Part shown: piece after piece, positions 1 through 9,354 of the stretch
Position numbering within the stretch: position 1 is the first letter of the stretch
Layout: each line of letters begins with the position of its first letter
IMG/VR virus record: IMGVR_UViG_3300035670_000086
Span: 35,867 to 99,866 of that record
DNA: 64,000 nt
From: a virus
Strand: one strand, 5' to 3'
Made by a program: the position numbers and the translations under genes
The notes under the pieces: generated by a model
What the model was told of the DNA's origin: nothing
Database searches by the model: none
Seen by the model: the letters and a program-made list of their open reading frames with translations, nothing else

Positions 1-1844
1 CCCATCTTAACATCATCTCCTTTATTTTTAATTACTTTTACCCCAACAGCTACAGCATGTGTAATTTTTTCATTCCTTAATCGTTTACCTCCTAAATAAA
101 ATTGTTCAATAGTTTTTGGTGATAAAATCAAATCATTTATTACTTTTTGTGGAATACCGTCTCGTATTAATGATTCTCGTAAGGTATTTTCATTATCATA
201 TAATTCAATTATATCTGGTTTTTTTCCATTTATCAATTTTTCTCCTACCCCAAATGCATCTGTAGGATGTCTTAACTCAATGTATGTTTTTTGTGTTAGT
301 TTTAATCCTGTCAAAACTATGCTATCTATCATATTTTTAAGATCAGTTTCTGACCACCCACCACTGTTAGCAACAGCATAAGATTTTAATTCCTCTAAAT
401 ACATGTATGCTTCTTGAGATATGGCTACATTTCCTACTCCATCTCTAAGTAAAGTTTTTGTTATATCAGACAATGTATCTGAAGAAAATTGATTTTTTAT
501 GATATTTACTTTTAGTAATAATTTACTATATAAAGCCTTTTTATCTTGTTCTGTTTTTGCTGCTCTTATTTGAGCAAATATAGGGATTGTAACCTCAACA
601 ACTTTTTCAGCAAATGTTCCTATTTTGTTATTTAGTTGACTGTCTGCTTTTCCTTCACCCGCGAGTAATTTTGATAGTGAACCTTTAAAAGATGGTTTGT
701 GTTTTTCATACTCTTTCTTTAATTCTGGATTTGATTCCCTTTCAATTAATTGAAGGTATGTTTTTGCTAACACTGTAAGTGGGTGATTGTCTTGTAAAGC
801 ACCTAAAATTAAACCTCTGCTACTTCCTGAAGTAGGAATTATTCTAAGGTTATTTCCAGTATCATCAAATTGAAGATGGTTCAAATATATGCGATCATTT
901 GAATCAATTGGTTTTCCATCTGAAAGACTTTTTATAGCTCTTACAAGAGCTGATATAGATTTAGCAGCCTCTTCTCTTAAGTGTTTATCTACTTGTTGTG
1001 GTTTTTTTTCAGCAGAGGTTATTGAGAATGTTGTAGATGTATTGTCTATTTTTATAAAGTATGCAGGATGTGCTAATTTAGTAAGTATTGACTGAGGACG
1101 ACCACCCCCTTTACTAATACCAATCATTAAATCAACTATATTTCCATTATTTAAATTATTAAAAGTATCTATTAATTGTCTTATTTGTTGAATCTCTAAG
1201 TTTGTTTGGTTTTTAGATTCTTCATCTTCTATACTCTCTGCTGCTTTTTGTTTTTCTGCTATAATTGATTCCCACAAATCTTTAAATGCACTTGAAGCAA
1301 AAATATTCATTGCAGTTGAAGTAGTATCATTTACAATCTTAAATATATCTCTGTCATGCTCAGATTTAAATTTTTCCAATGCTAATGCTTCTATTTGTTG
1401 CTGTCTTCTAATTAAAGATTCTTGATTCATTACTTCCGCTCGTGATGCTGCTTTTTCTGCTTCTGTTCTTCCGGCTACTACTCCTTCTTGGCCTTTTGAC
1501 TGATCTTGTCCCCCGGAAGATAATAACCTTACAAAATCATAATAATTTTGTGTAGCAATATTACCTCCACCTCCTATAGGCATAGCTCTACCTTTGCTAC
1601 TAGGAAAACCATCAAATACAGGTTTACCTGCTGAGTTTCCTTCCTTAGCTATCCAAACAATACTGTCAGGAATTTGAGATACAGGAATTTTATTATTTGG
1701 AGAAGGTGCACCTGATGCAGCCTCGGCACTTTTTATATATTGATCTGCTAATGCTTTAGCTTGTGGATCTAATACCACTTCTTTTTTTTCATCTATTTTA
1801 TTTGCACTGTAATATGCTGATATTAATTCTTTTAAGTAATCCAT
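1..1844 (-). CDS. Large hypothetical protein (>614 aa, runs off window); possible virion-internal protein with PD-(D/E)xK-like motif
   Basis: Not in the ORF track. ATG at 1844 (MDYLKELISAYYSANKIDEKK...); frame open in every segment I translated down to base 1. Near the window edge it reads GEKLINGKKPDIIELY...HAVAVGVKVIK. Confidence 0.75.
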   Translation of the reverse strand, partial: MDYLKELISAYYSANKIDEKKEVVLDPQAKALADQYIKSAEAASGAPSPNNKIPVSQIPDSIVWIAKEGNSAGKPVFDGFPSSKGRAMPIGGGGNIATQNYYDFVRLLSSGGQDQSKGQEGVVAGRTEAEKAASRAEVMNQESLIRRQQQIEALALEKFKSEHDRDIFKIVNDTTSTAMNIFASSAFKDLWESIIAEKQKAAESIEDEESKNQTNLEIQQIRQLIDTFNNLNNGNIVDLMIGISKGGGRPQSILTKLAHPAYFIKIDNTSTTFSITSAEKKPQQVDKHLREEAAKSISALVRAIKSLSDGKPIDSNDRIYLNHLQFDDTGNNLRIIPTSGSSRGLILGALQDNHPLTVLAKTYLQLIERESNPELKKEYEKHKPSFKGSLSKLLAGEGKADSQLNNKIGTFAEKVVEVTIPIFAQIRAAKTEQDKKALYSKLLLKVNIIKNQFSSDTLSDITKTLLRDGVGNVAISQEAYMYLEELKSYAVANSGGWSETDLKNMIDSIVLTGLKLTQKTYIELRHPTDAFGVGEKLINGKKPDIIELYDNENTLRESLIRDGIPQKVINDLILSPKTIEQFYLGGKRLRNEKITHAVAVGVKVIKNKGDDVKM

Positions 1845-1850
1845 ATAATG

Positions 1851-1881
1851 AGAAACCCACCCAGCCTGAACTGGATGGGTT
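1851..1881 (-). terminator. Stem-loop (probable terminator/attenuator) after the tail tube gene
   Basis: Minus strand AACCCATCCAG-TTCAGG-CTGGGTGGGTT-TCTC: 11-bp stem with one G-U pair and a weak U tract. Confidence 0.6.
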
Positions 1882-1904
1882 ACCTTTCTGTATCTAATTA
1901 TAGA

Positions 1905-2501
1905 TCAAGTATTTGTGTTGGCATTCTGAACAATGAAATCGTAACGGAAAGTTGCTTCGATTGTATGGAACTCGTTAGTTGAGTAGTTAAACTCAGCTTG
2001 CTTCCAAGACTTAGGATACACACCGTAAAGCCGTGTGAATGACATTGGCTTACCCTTGTTATCCAACTGAACTATGTCTGCAACTGTTTTAAAGTTGCCG
2101 ACTACACCACCGGGGGTAACTTGTCTACCATTTTCAAACTCTCCTGTAACTGGATTGTAAATAGTTTTTATCCAGTCAAACAATAGAGAACTCATCTTAG
2201 TTTTGTACAAGTTATCAAACTGTACAGTTAGTTCTTCTGGGCTTGCTTTGCCGGGGTAGAAGACTTTATCGTTTACACGATGGACTTCTATATCTTCTAC
2301 AGTGTAACCAGTCTGGCTTACTGACTTAGCAGCCAAGGTCAAAGGACGATCAACGCCATTGGCAGCAGCAACGGGAACATTGTAGAATGTGATTTCCCAT
2401 TGATATGCACGCACGGAATCGAGATCCTGTGACACCATAGGGAGTTTCTTTCCCTGAAGGTTACGATTCTGAGATGTAACGAATAGTGGATTATATGGCA
2501 T
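1905..2501 (-). CDS. gp19: Tail tube protein (T4 gp19-like)
   Basis: RAYQWEITF, FYPGK, LYGVYP..FNYS..FHTIEATFRYD motifs; immediately downstream of the sheath gene. Confidence 0.9.
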   Translation of the reverse strand: MPYNPLFVTSQNRNLQGKKLPMVSQDLDSVRAYQWEITFYNVPVAAANGVDRPLTLAAKSVSQTGYTVEDIEVHRVNDKVFYPGKASPEELTVQFDNLYKTKMSSLLFDWIKTIYNPVTGEFENGRQVTPGGVVGNFKTVADIVQLDNKGKPMSFTRLYGVYPKSWKQAEFNYSTNEFHTIEATFRYDFIVQNANTNT

Positions 2502-2513
2502 AGTCTATACCTT

Positions 2514-4595
2514 TCAGCTTCCTAGCTTGGCTGATTGATTAGTAACATTGATTTCGAATACAATGATTTCTGCGGTCTTGGTTGGCTTGAGTAAAATCTT
2601 GCACCAAAGTTCGTTGCGATCCACTCTAGCAGGAGTGTTAGTTGTTTCATCGCAAACCACCTTGTACTCTGTGATACCCCGTCTTCTACGAATATCGTCA
2701 AGGAGAGGATCTACCACACCAACAATATTTTCCCATGTTATTGGGTCGTTAGGTTCAAACACAAACGATTGAGTGCTTGCGAGTAGAACTTTGCGTAGGT
2801 AGATCATTAGTCTACGAACATTGATTCTATCCAAGGCACTTGGATTACGCTGTGCTGTGCGTTGACCAAAGATTGTGATACCTCTTTGTGGGAACTCAAC
2901 TACAGGGTTAATAACATTGCCACCACTGTAGAGAGAATCACGGTCCCCTTGGTTTAGTACAACATCTACATCTATCGGCTTGGTCAATCTACCTCTCTGG
3001 AATCCAGCAGGAGCAAACCAAGGATCTGCGATTGAGTCAGTGTAGCACATCTGGCGTGCGGCAAAGATGGTTGGGTCGTACCAACGGTCGATGCCATCAA
3101 AGACACTGTATACCTTTACCCAAGGCCAGAACACTGCTGCGTAGCTGCTATTGAGAGAAGCGGTTCTTGTTTCGCTTCTTCCATTTGTCCAATCTATGGC
3201 CTCTTGAACAGAGTCAACTGATCCATAAGGAGGAGCAACTAGTGCAATAAAGTTTTGAGTTTGTTCGGCTAAGGTAACCAAAGCATTCTGTAGACTTTGG
3301 TTATTCATGCCGGGGGTCAAAGCTATTGAGATGTTTAAAGTATCATCGTCTAGAGCGTAGATACCTGTTTTTGGTGTTTGAGTAGGATCGCCAATTAGAG
3401 CTAGAGCGTTGGTATCATCATCTGTGCTTGTGCCGTTAGTACCACTTCTTAGTGAGTAAGTACCTTCGATTGGCTTAACGAACATTCTAGCTGTGGCTGT
3501 TCCTGTGCCACCTTGTCCTGTACCAGTAATTCCAGTAACACCTAGGTCACTCAAAGGATCAGTGAATGCTCCTATTGGGGTAGCAGTGAAATCGGTCAAT
3601 GCTGCTCCAGAGGTCAAGTATCCAAGGATCACTTCTGATGTTGTGTTTTCTGCACCAGTGTTTATAATTTCTTCTACGAATGTATACTGGTTAACTAGAT
3701 CCCCCTTGAAGGTTTCTAGTGCAGCACCATCTTCGTTTAGTTGGAAGACTACTTTTTCACCACCGAGGCTATTAATTTCAAAAGAGTTTCCGATTGTGTT
3801 GCCATCTGAATCGGTGCTCAAGTTGTAGCCAGTTCCGGGGTATAGGGTTTCTACATAGTAAGCAACGCCGTTAGCACCACTAGCGAAGGTAGTTCCTATT
3901 ACAGTTAGTGATGAAGCTGCTGTGGCTGATGCTGTACCTGAGAAGTTTATGGCTTTTAGAGCGGATACACCATTGGTGAATGCCGCATCTGAATAGGCTG
4001 ATACTGATAAAGATGCACCTGAACCAGCCCAAGAACCAACAAGGTATCCAGTGGTTACATCTGAATCAGAGTAGAATATGCCAACCTTGTCATTATCTAA
4101 ACTTCCACCAATTACTGTCTTTAGAGCCAAGGCTTGACCACCTGATGCGGTAGTCTCTACTTGTCCTGATGGAACAGCAAACTGCTTAGTTACTAGATAC
4201 TGATTAACTCCCGTATTATCCGTTACATCTACCTTTAAATAAAGATTAGCTGATACGCCGAGTCCGCTTGCTACAAATTGAACCGCTGGGCAAGCACCGA
4301 TTGGAACTAGTGCAGAAGCCTCGGCAGCAGTTTGTGTAACTCCACGGACGAAATAAATTTTATTTGTAGCTTCTAAAATTTCGATAGCCCCTTCCAAGGC
4401 TTGGCCGGGGATGGACTCACTAGGCTTACCGAAAGTATTTATTAGCTGTTGAGGAGAAGTTATTAGGGTAGCCTCATCTACGGGACCCTTGGAAGCAAAT
4501 CCAACGATACCGACAATAGACGAATCTACCGTAGCTGCGTACTCGCTAATGTCCTTCTCTATTACATAAACGCCGGGAGATACAATATTAGCCAT
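2514..4595 (-). CDS. gp18: Tail sheath protein (T4 gp18-like)
   Basis: SPGVYVIEKD N-terminus; PWFAPAG..RG; GQRT; DRINVRRL; FEPND; CDETTNT. Confidence 0.97.
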   Translation of the reverse strand: MANIVSPGVYVIEKDISEYAATVDSSIVGIVGFASKGPVDEATLITSPQQLINTFGKPSESIPGQALEGAIEILEATNKIYFVRGVTQTAAEASALVPIGACPAVQFVASGLGVSANLYLKVDVTDNTGVNQYLVTKQFAVPSGQVETTASGGQALALKTVIGGSLDNDKVGIFYSDSDVTTGYLVGSWAGSGASLSVSAYSDAAFTNGVSALKAINFSGTASATAASSLTVIGTTFASGANGVAYYVETLYPGTGYNLSTDSDGNTIGNSFEINSLGGEKVVFQLNEDGAALETFKGDLVNQYTFVEEIINTGAENTTSEVILGYLTSGAALTDFTATPIGAFTDPLSDLGVTGITGTGQGGTGTATARMFVKPIEGTYSLRSGTNGTSTDDDTNALALIGDPTQTPKTGIYALDDDTLNISIALTPGMNNQSLQNALVTLAEQTQNFIALVAPPYGSVDSVQEAIDWTNGRSETRTASLNSSYAAVFWPWVKVYSVFDGIDRWYDPTIFAARQMCYTDSIADPWFAPAGFQRGRLTKPIDVDVVLNQGDRDSLYSGGNVINPVVEFPQRGITIFGQRTAQRNPSALDRINVRRLMIYLRKVLLASTQSFVFEPNDPITWENIVGVVDPLLDDIRRRRGITEYKVVCDETTNTPARVDRNELWCKILLKPTKTAEIIVFEINVTNQSAKLGS

Positions 4596-4606
4596 AAATT
4601 AAATCC

Positions 4607-4786
4607 TTATCTATAGTCAGAGACTTTAACCATTCTTCGTCTCTGTAAGTTTTTAATCATTTTACTTAAATAAGACGCTGGGACCACAACGCTCTGTCGT
4701 GGTTCTAAACGGTACATCTTGTTACCTTCTGGGGTGACTAGACATACCTGAAGTGCTTGTAGACATTCGTTTATTATCTGTTTCAT
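4607..4786 (-). CDS. Small hypothetical protein (59 aa) leading the sheath-tube operon
   Basis: Manual translation MKQIINECLQALQVCLVTPEGNKMYRLEPRQSVVVPASYLSKMIKNLQRRRMVKVSDYR; fills the gap and follows a late-promoter-like motif. Confidence 0.7.
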   Translation of the reverse strand: MKQIINECLQALQVCLVTPEGNKMYRLEPRQSVVVPASYLSKMIKNLQRRRMVKVSDYR

Positions 4787-4788
4787 AG

Positions 4789-4803
4789 CTATAAGTATTT
4801 AGT
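4789..4803 (-). promoter_or_regulatory. Putative late promoter (ACTAAATA-CTTA-TAG)
   Basis: Resembles the T4 late -10 element TATAAATA; intergenic, upstream of the sheath/tube operon. Confidence 0.55.
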
Positions 4804-4833
4804 ATTGGCTATAATATAATTTTAGAATAATTT

Positions 4834-7800
4834 TTAAGTATTATTACCATTTAACTTTAATGCGTATTGAATGTACGCTATCAACGGAGCAACATAGAAT
4901 AAACCAGCAGGATTATTTTCTCCCATAGGAACAGTTCTTGCTTTATTTAAAGCGTAAGTCATGGATGTAAGATAATCTGCTGTTGACCACGCTGGATCTA
5001 AAACATTTGATATTGTATTATAATTAGAATTAAACCAAGCTGATTTATTTAAAAATTCATTGGATGAAGTTAGATTAGATAAGTTATCTCCAGCAGCAAT
5101 GATAGCACCTATTGCTATTGTTGAATGCCCATCCGTATTTCTTGCAAATCCAGATCTTGAAGGGAATTTGTTAAAATCACCTCCAGAGAATCCACTAGCA
5201 GGATTACCTATAGTAAAGTTACCTTTTCCGTAAATATCTGTTCCCCTCTTCCATGCTGGATAATGCCAAGAGTTTGTATTGCATACTAAAAACTCTGGGG
5301 GAGCAGCTATAGTTTTATTTGGATCCACAGAACTTAATGGATTTCCATTAATAGTAAAACTAGTTAAAACATTACCATAAGCTCCGGGATTTCTCCCTAG
5401 TATACTAAGTAATGTTCCACCAGAGTACTGAGACAATAATGTTGGAAGCTCAGGCATTTCAGCACAGCCAGAGAAATTATGAAATGCTGAATCTAGGAAC
5501 AGTGTTCGAGCAACTGAACTACAAGCATTATTTAATCCTGATGATATTACCGGATCAAATTCTTTAACTGATTTAACTAAGCATCGGAACAAGTAAACTT
5601 GATAATGCGATTGCATTACCGTAACCCAATAAGAACTAGCACTATAGATGCCACCCTGCAAATATAAATTTGGTTGACCAGCCTGTGTTAATGTTGGATA
5701 ATTTGAGTCTGGTGCTGGTTCCCAACTTACTTGCCCATCATTAGTACCTAAGGCATATGCTTTTCCTGACGGATTGTATAACCAATATCCTTTAGATGGA
5801 TTAGTAGGTATAGAACTAAAAGTATTTCCTGCTGCCAAAATTTGTTCTATATCTTGTGGATTTGGTGATGCTCCTGTTTGTTTACTTAAATGAAGACCCC
5901 CAATTAATCCATTTTGCGGTATGTAAGAATAATTTAAAGCACTTGCTGCATATTCAAATAATACTTGATTTTGATTTCTCCAATTGTTAGAAGCTATTTG
6001 ATAATACATGGCAGGACCACCGATACCAAACGCCAAGAATCTGACATTTGAAAATTGTCCTAATGCACCGTTTCCTCGACCACTTGGATTATCACGCAAA
6101 ACAGAGTAAAAATTTGTTAATGAATAATTTGTAGAATATGCGTTACCTCCACCAAGATTAGTGGGAATAGATAAAACTACAGAGCTTGGATATGGATTCA
6201 TTAGAATTGAATAGAATCCAGCGATAGATTCAAATTCTTCTTTCCACATCTCATCATTAGTTAAAGTTGTGATAGCATGCATTAAAGGGAACACACGACT
6301 TGAGTGTTCTGGGGATGCTGGTCTATATCCAGCTATATTCGTCCCATCAAAAATAGTCGCTCCATTAAAAGGCATACTAAAATAAGAATATTTACACGCA
6401 TTAACAAGGTTGTAGTTTAACAATTCTCCATAAATAATATTACCTTGAGAATTTGTTGATGGATTATCTTTTAGTTTTACAATATTGGAGAGATTAGAGT
6501 CTTCATAGGGTTCACATAGTTTTGAGTTTGATTTTTTTGATCCATAAATTTTTGGGAACAAGAATGGCTTACCATTATTTTCTATTACTCGACATCCCGG
6601 ATAACCACCGTACCCCCATTCATAAATAGTTGTTGGTGTTGTGGTTGTAGATGTAATTCCATAATGAGTCATTACCTGACCAGCAGAAATAGGAACACCG
6701 GAAAAATCAAAAATACCGTAGTACCTATCTGTAATAAAATGAGATTCTGCATTTAATAATCTCAAATAATTATTACTCAAAAACATACCTTTATACAAGT
6801 GAACAAGAGCTAATCCTCCGATATCTAGATTTCTAGACCCCATAACTGTATGAGGAGTTTTTACTCTGTACATCCAATTATATTCTGAATTATTAACATC
6901 TGTTCCTTGGTAATAAGCTGGGCTTGTTGGTGTGTATGCGTAAAAATTATGAAAATTTGTTCCTCTGGTCCCTATAGATCCATAATTACCTCCGGGATTT
7001 GCATTAGAGGGTTGTTCATATCTGCACAAACCATACTTAGTATTTTCTTCAAAATACTTATATAAATTATCACTAATTATGTTATATCCAGCCATACCAT
7101 CAACATTAGTGAATAATTTATAAGGACCATTATCAAAATAATCACCTACTTGATTTCCAAAGTGAGTATCGTTAAAACTTTTTTGCCCAACGAAATCATC
7201 ATTTATCAAAGGAGCTAAATCTTTGGTAGGACCCCACTTTGGAATTGTCCACCAAGTTCTTTTTCTATTTGGGAAGGCAACATCACCAAACTGTCCCATC
7301 TCCTTTGCATAAGAATAAGTAACATAAGAATTATCTACTGGGAACAATCTAAATCGTCTATGGAATTTTTTTACTTTTCCAATACCGTGAATATTAAACC
7401 CTAAAACTTTTTGTTCTGCTGTTAACTCTTCATCAGTATCGCTAGGGAAATATCCTTCTTTTCCTTGAGTTCTAATAATCCATTCAGGAATACTTTCAAA
7501 GTTATTAACTAAACCATATCTATTAACATCCCCATAGACATTACCCCAGTCTACATTTGAAAATCTTTCTAGTTCTGAAACGGCACTGACTCCAGAAGAA
7601 ACTTCAAACCACAAATCAGAGTAATAGAAATTACCTAAAACTTGATTTTCATTTTGTAGGACTGTGCCGATCCCTTTGCCTGCATCAATTCCTCTGTAAT
7701 CGTAGTTGCCGTTACTAATCTTAAAGTCTAATCCTACAATAGGGTCATCTTTTTTTATTGTTAAATATACATGCAAGCCTAAGGCGAATGGCTTTTTCTC

Positions 7801-9354
7801 ATCTGTAGGTGATGTAGTTGCCCAAGACTGTGGAAGCATTCTGGTGTAGAATCTATACACTCTTTTGTATGGACCGTCTTTTAAAATGCTAGAGACTGTT
7901 GCCGCTCCAGACCAAATGTTTCCTTGATATTGATATCCCGATAAATCTTTTACATAAAAGTATAGATTGTTTTGTATGTATGCTGGAATACTAAGCGTTG
8001 TTGCTGGTAAGGAATCGCTGGTGCTATATATGTCATAATATTGATATGACCCTGCCGCAGAAACTATTGTTGTTGGGAATACCACTTCTACAGTTTCTGC
8101 ACCTCCAGAAGCATCTCGAACAGTTTCGTGTGTTTGTGCAACAAAACCACTAGCAGAAATAGAATTAGTTCCAGCACCAGAAACTAACCATTTGTTATGA
8201 GAACCCCAAATTGAAGCGTTGAAATCACCGGAACTCAAAGGCATAACAGTATGAATTACAGTGCTTGCTCCTAGGACTGCACCGGATGGGACTACCCAAG
8301 CAATTTGACCCAAATAATCTGATGTTGGGTCTGGAGTTCCTTTAGGGATTGATGCCTCATAATAAACTCTAGTTTGCACAGTATTATAATTTGTGCTACT
8401 AGGTTGAGCGGACACTACTAGTAATCCAGTTCCAATTTCTGCGACTGAAATATTTCCTGATAATTGTCCATTTTGGGGGTTTATTTCAAAGGTTGTTCCT
8501 GTGGTCACAAGGCCAAAACTTCCACGCCTGAATGCGTTAGTCGGAGAAATAATTGGATTTAATGTTTCAATAGGTAATCCTAATTCTACTAACCACGGAT
8601 TTGCAGCAGTTGTGCCGTAAGATAATGTAGGTACAGGATCTGAACTTCCTCCATTCCCTCGTTGAGTTGTAGGAGCATCAATACCTGTTTCACCACTAGA
8701 AAGACTTTGCCAAGTTTCAAGTGATCCAAGATTAGTTACTTGAATTGTCCAAGTAAATTTTATAGAAAAATCTTTTGTCTTTTCAATCGGTACGAATTGT
8801 TTGTATGCTACAAGGACAGACTCTTTTGTACCTGTAGTGCCAACATTATCGGAAAATAAACCTACCTCTCGAACAGTTAAACCATTTGCTGTTTTCTTAT
8901 CTATGTTTAAAGTAACAACTACAGATGAATCATTTTTAACAGTGACTTGACTATCAGCAATTGTTATAAAAGAATTTAGTTCTTTAGAGTACTGTAAATT
9001 TTTTGATGATATAAATTCTTCTAAAGCAACTAAAGAATAGTGCTCAGAAACTCTAAAAGGCAATCCTGTGCCGTAAGCTGATTTATTTAGAGGAGAATTT
9101 AGTTTAAAGAAATTATATCTAAGTTCTGAGTTAGTATCAATTTTTTGATAATCAACGACACCTGTACCTAGTTGTGCATATCTTATAGAATAAGGATTTT
9201 TAGTTTGCCGAGATCCAGACAACAACATCGAGGTTATTGTAATGCCCATTCCTCGGGTAACAATATTATTATATTCCCCAACTTTCTCTACGAAATCTCC
9301 GTAGTCCTTATAAACCTCTAGTTTGCCTTGTACAGAATTTTTTAAATAACTCAT
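4834..9354 (-). CDS. 1506-aa virion structural protein: baseplate/collar-type N-terminal domain, Ig-like segment and large uncharacterised domain
   Basis: N-terminal ~207 aa are paralogous to ORFs 28013-28615 and 28616-29635 (REVGLF..LVAYKQFVPIEKT.DFSIKFTWTI); FEINPQNGQLSG resembles putative-Ig repeats. Confidence 0.6.
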   Translation of the reverse strand: MSYLKNSVQGKLEVYKDYGDFVEKVGEYNNIVTRGMGITITSMLLSGSRQTKNPYSIRYAQLGTGVVDYQKIDTNSELRYNFFKLNSPLNKSAYGTGLPFRVSEHYSLVALEEFISSKNLQYSKELNSFITIADSQVTVKNDSSVVVTLNIDKKTANGLTVREVGLFSDNVGTTGTKESVLVAYKQFVPIEKTKDFSIKFTWTIQVTNLGSLETWQSLSSGETGIDAPTTQRGNGGSSDPVPTLSYGTTAANPWLVELGLPIETLNPIISPTNAFRRGSFGLVTTGTTFEINPQNGQLSGNISVAEIGTGLLVVSAQPSSTNYNTVQTRVYYEASIPKGTPDPTSDYLGQIAWVVPSGAVLGASTVIHTVMPLSSGDFNASIWGSHNKWLVSGAGTNSISASGFVAQTHETVRDASGGAETVEVVFPTTIVSAAGSYQYYDIYSTSDSLPATTLSIPAYIQNNLYFYVKDLSGYQYQGNIWSGAATVSSILKDGPYKRVYRFYTRMLPQSWATTSPTDEKKPFALGLHVYLTIKKDDPIVGLDFKISNGNYDYRGIDAGKGIGTVLQNENQVLGNFYYSDLWFEVSSGVSAVSELERFSNVDWGNVYGDVNRYGLVNNFESIPEWIIRTQGKEGYFPSDTDEELTAEQKVLGFNIHGIGKVKKFHRRFRLFPVDNSYVTYSYAKEMGQFGDVAFPNRKRTWWTIPKWGPTKDLAPLINDDFVGQKSFNDTHFGNQVGDYFDNGPYKLFTNVDGMAGYNIISDNLYKYFEENTKYGLCRYEQPSNANPGGNYGSIGTRGTNFHNFYAYTPTSPAYYQGTDVNNSEYNWMYRVKTPHTVMGSRNLDIGGLALVHLYKGMFLSNNYLRLLNAESHFITDRYYGIFDFSGVPISAGQVMTHYGITSTTTTPTTIYEWGYGGYPGCRVIENNGKPFLFPKIYGSKKSNSKLCEPYEDSNLSNIVKLKDNPSTNSQGNIIYGELLNYNLVNACKYSYFSMPFNGATIFDGTNIAGYRPASPEHSSRVFPLMHAITTLTNDEMWKEEFESIAGFYSILMNPYPSSVVLSIPTNLGGGNAYSTNYSLTNFYSVLRDNPSGRGNGALGQFSNVRFLAFGIGGPAMYYQIASNNWRNQNQVLFEYAASALNYSYIPQNGLIGGLHLSKQTGASPNPQDIEQILAAGNTFSSIPTNPSKGYWLYNPSGKAYALGTNDGQVSWEPAPDSNYPTLTQAGQPNLYLQGGIYSASSYWVTVMQSHYQVYLFRCLVKSVKEFDPVISSGLNNACSSVARTLFLDSAFHNFSGCAEMPELPTLLSQYSGGTLLSILGRNPGAYGNVLTSFTINGNPLSSVDPNKTIAAPPEFLVCNTNSWHYPAWKRGTDIYGKGNFTIGNPASGFSGGDFNKFPSRSGFARNTDGHSTIAIGAIIAAGDNLSNLTSSNEFLNKSAWFNSNYNTISNVLDPAWSTADYLTSMTYALNKARTVPMGENNPAGLFYVAPLIAYIQYALKLNGNNT

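Noticed and set aside
889-1095. 68-aa plus-strand ORF in the track
   Set aside because: It is antisense to the long minus-strand ORF 1-1844 and has no protein-like features.
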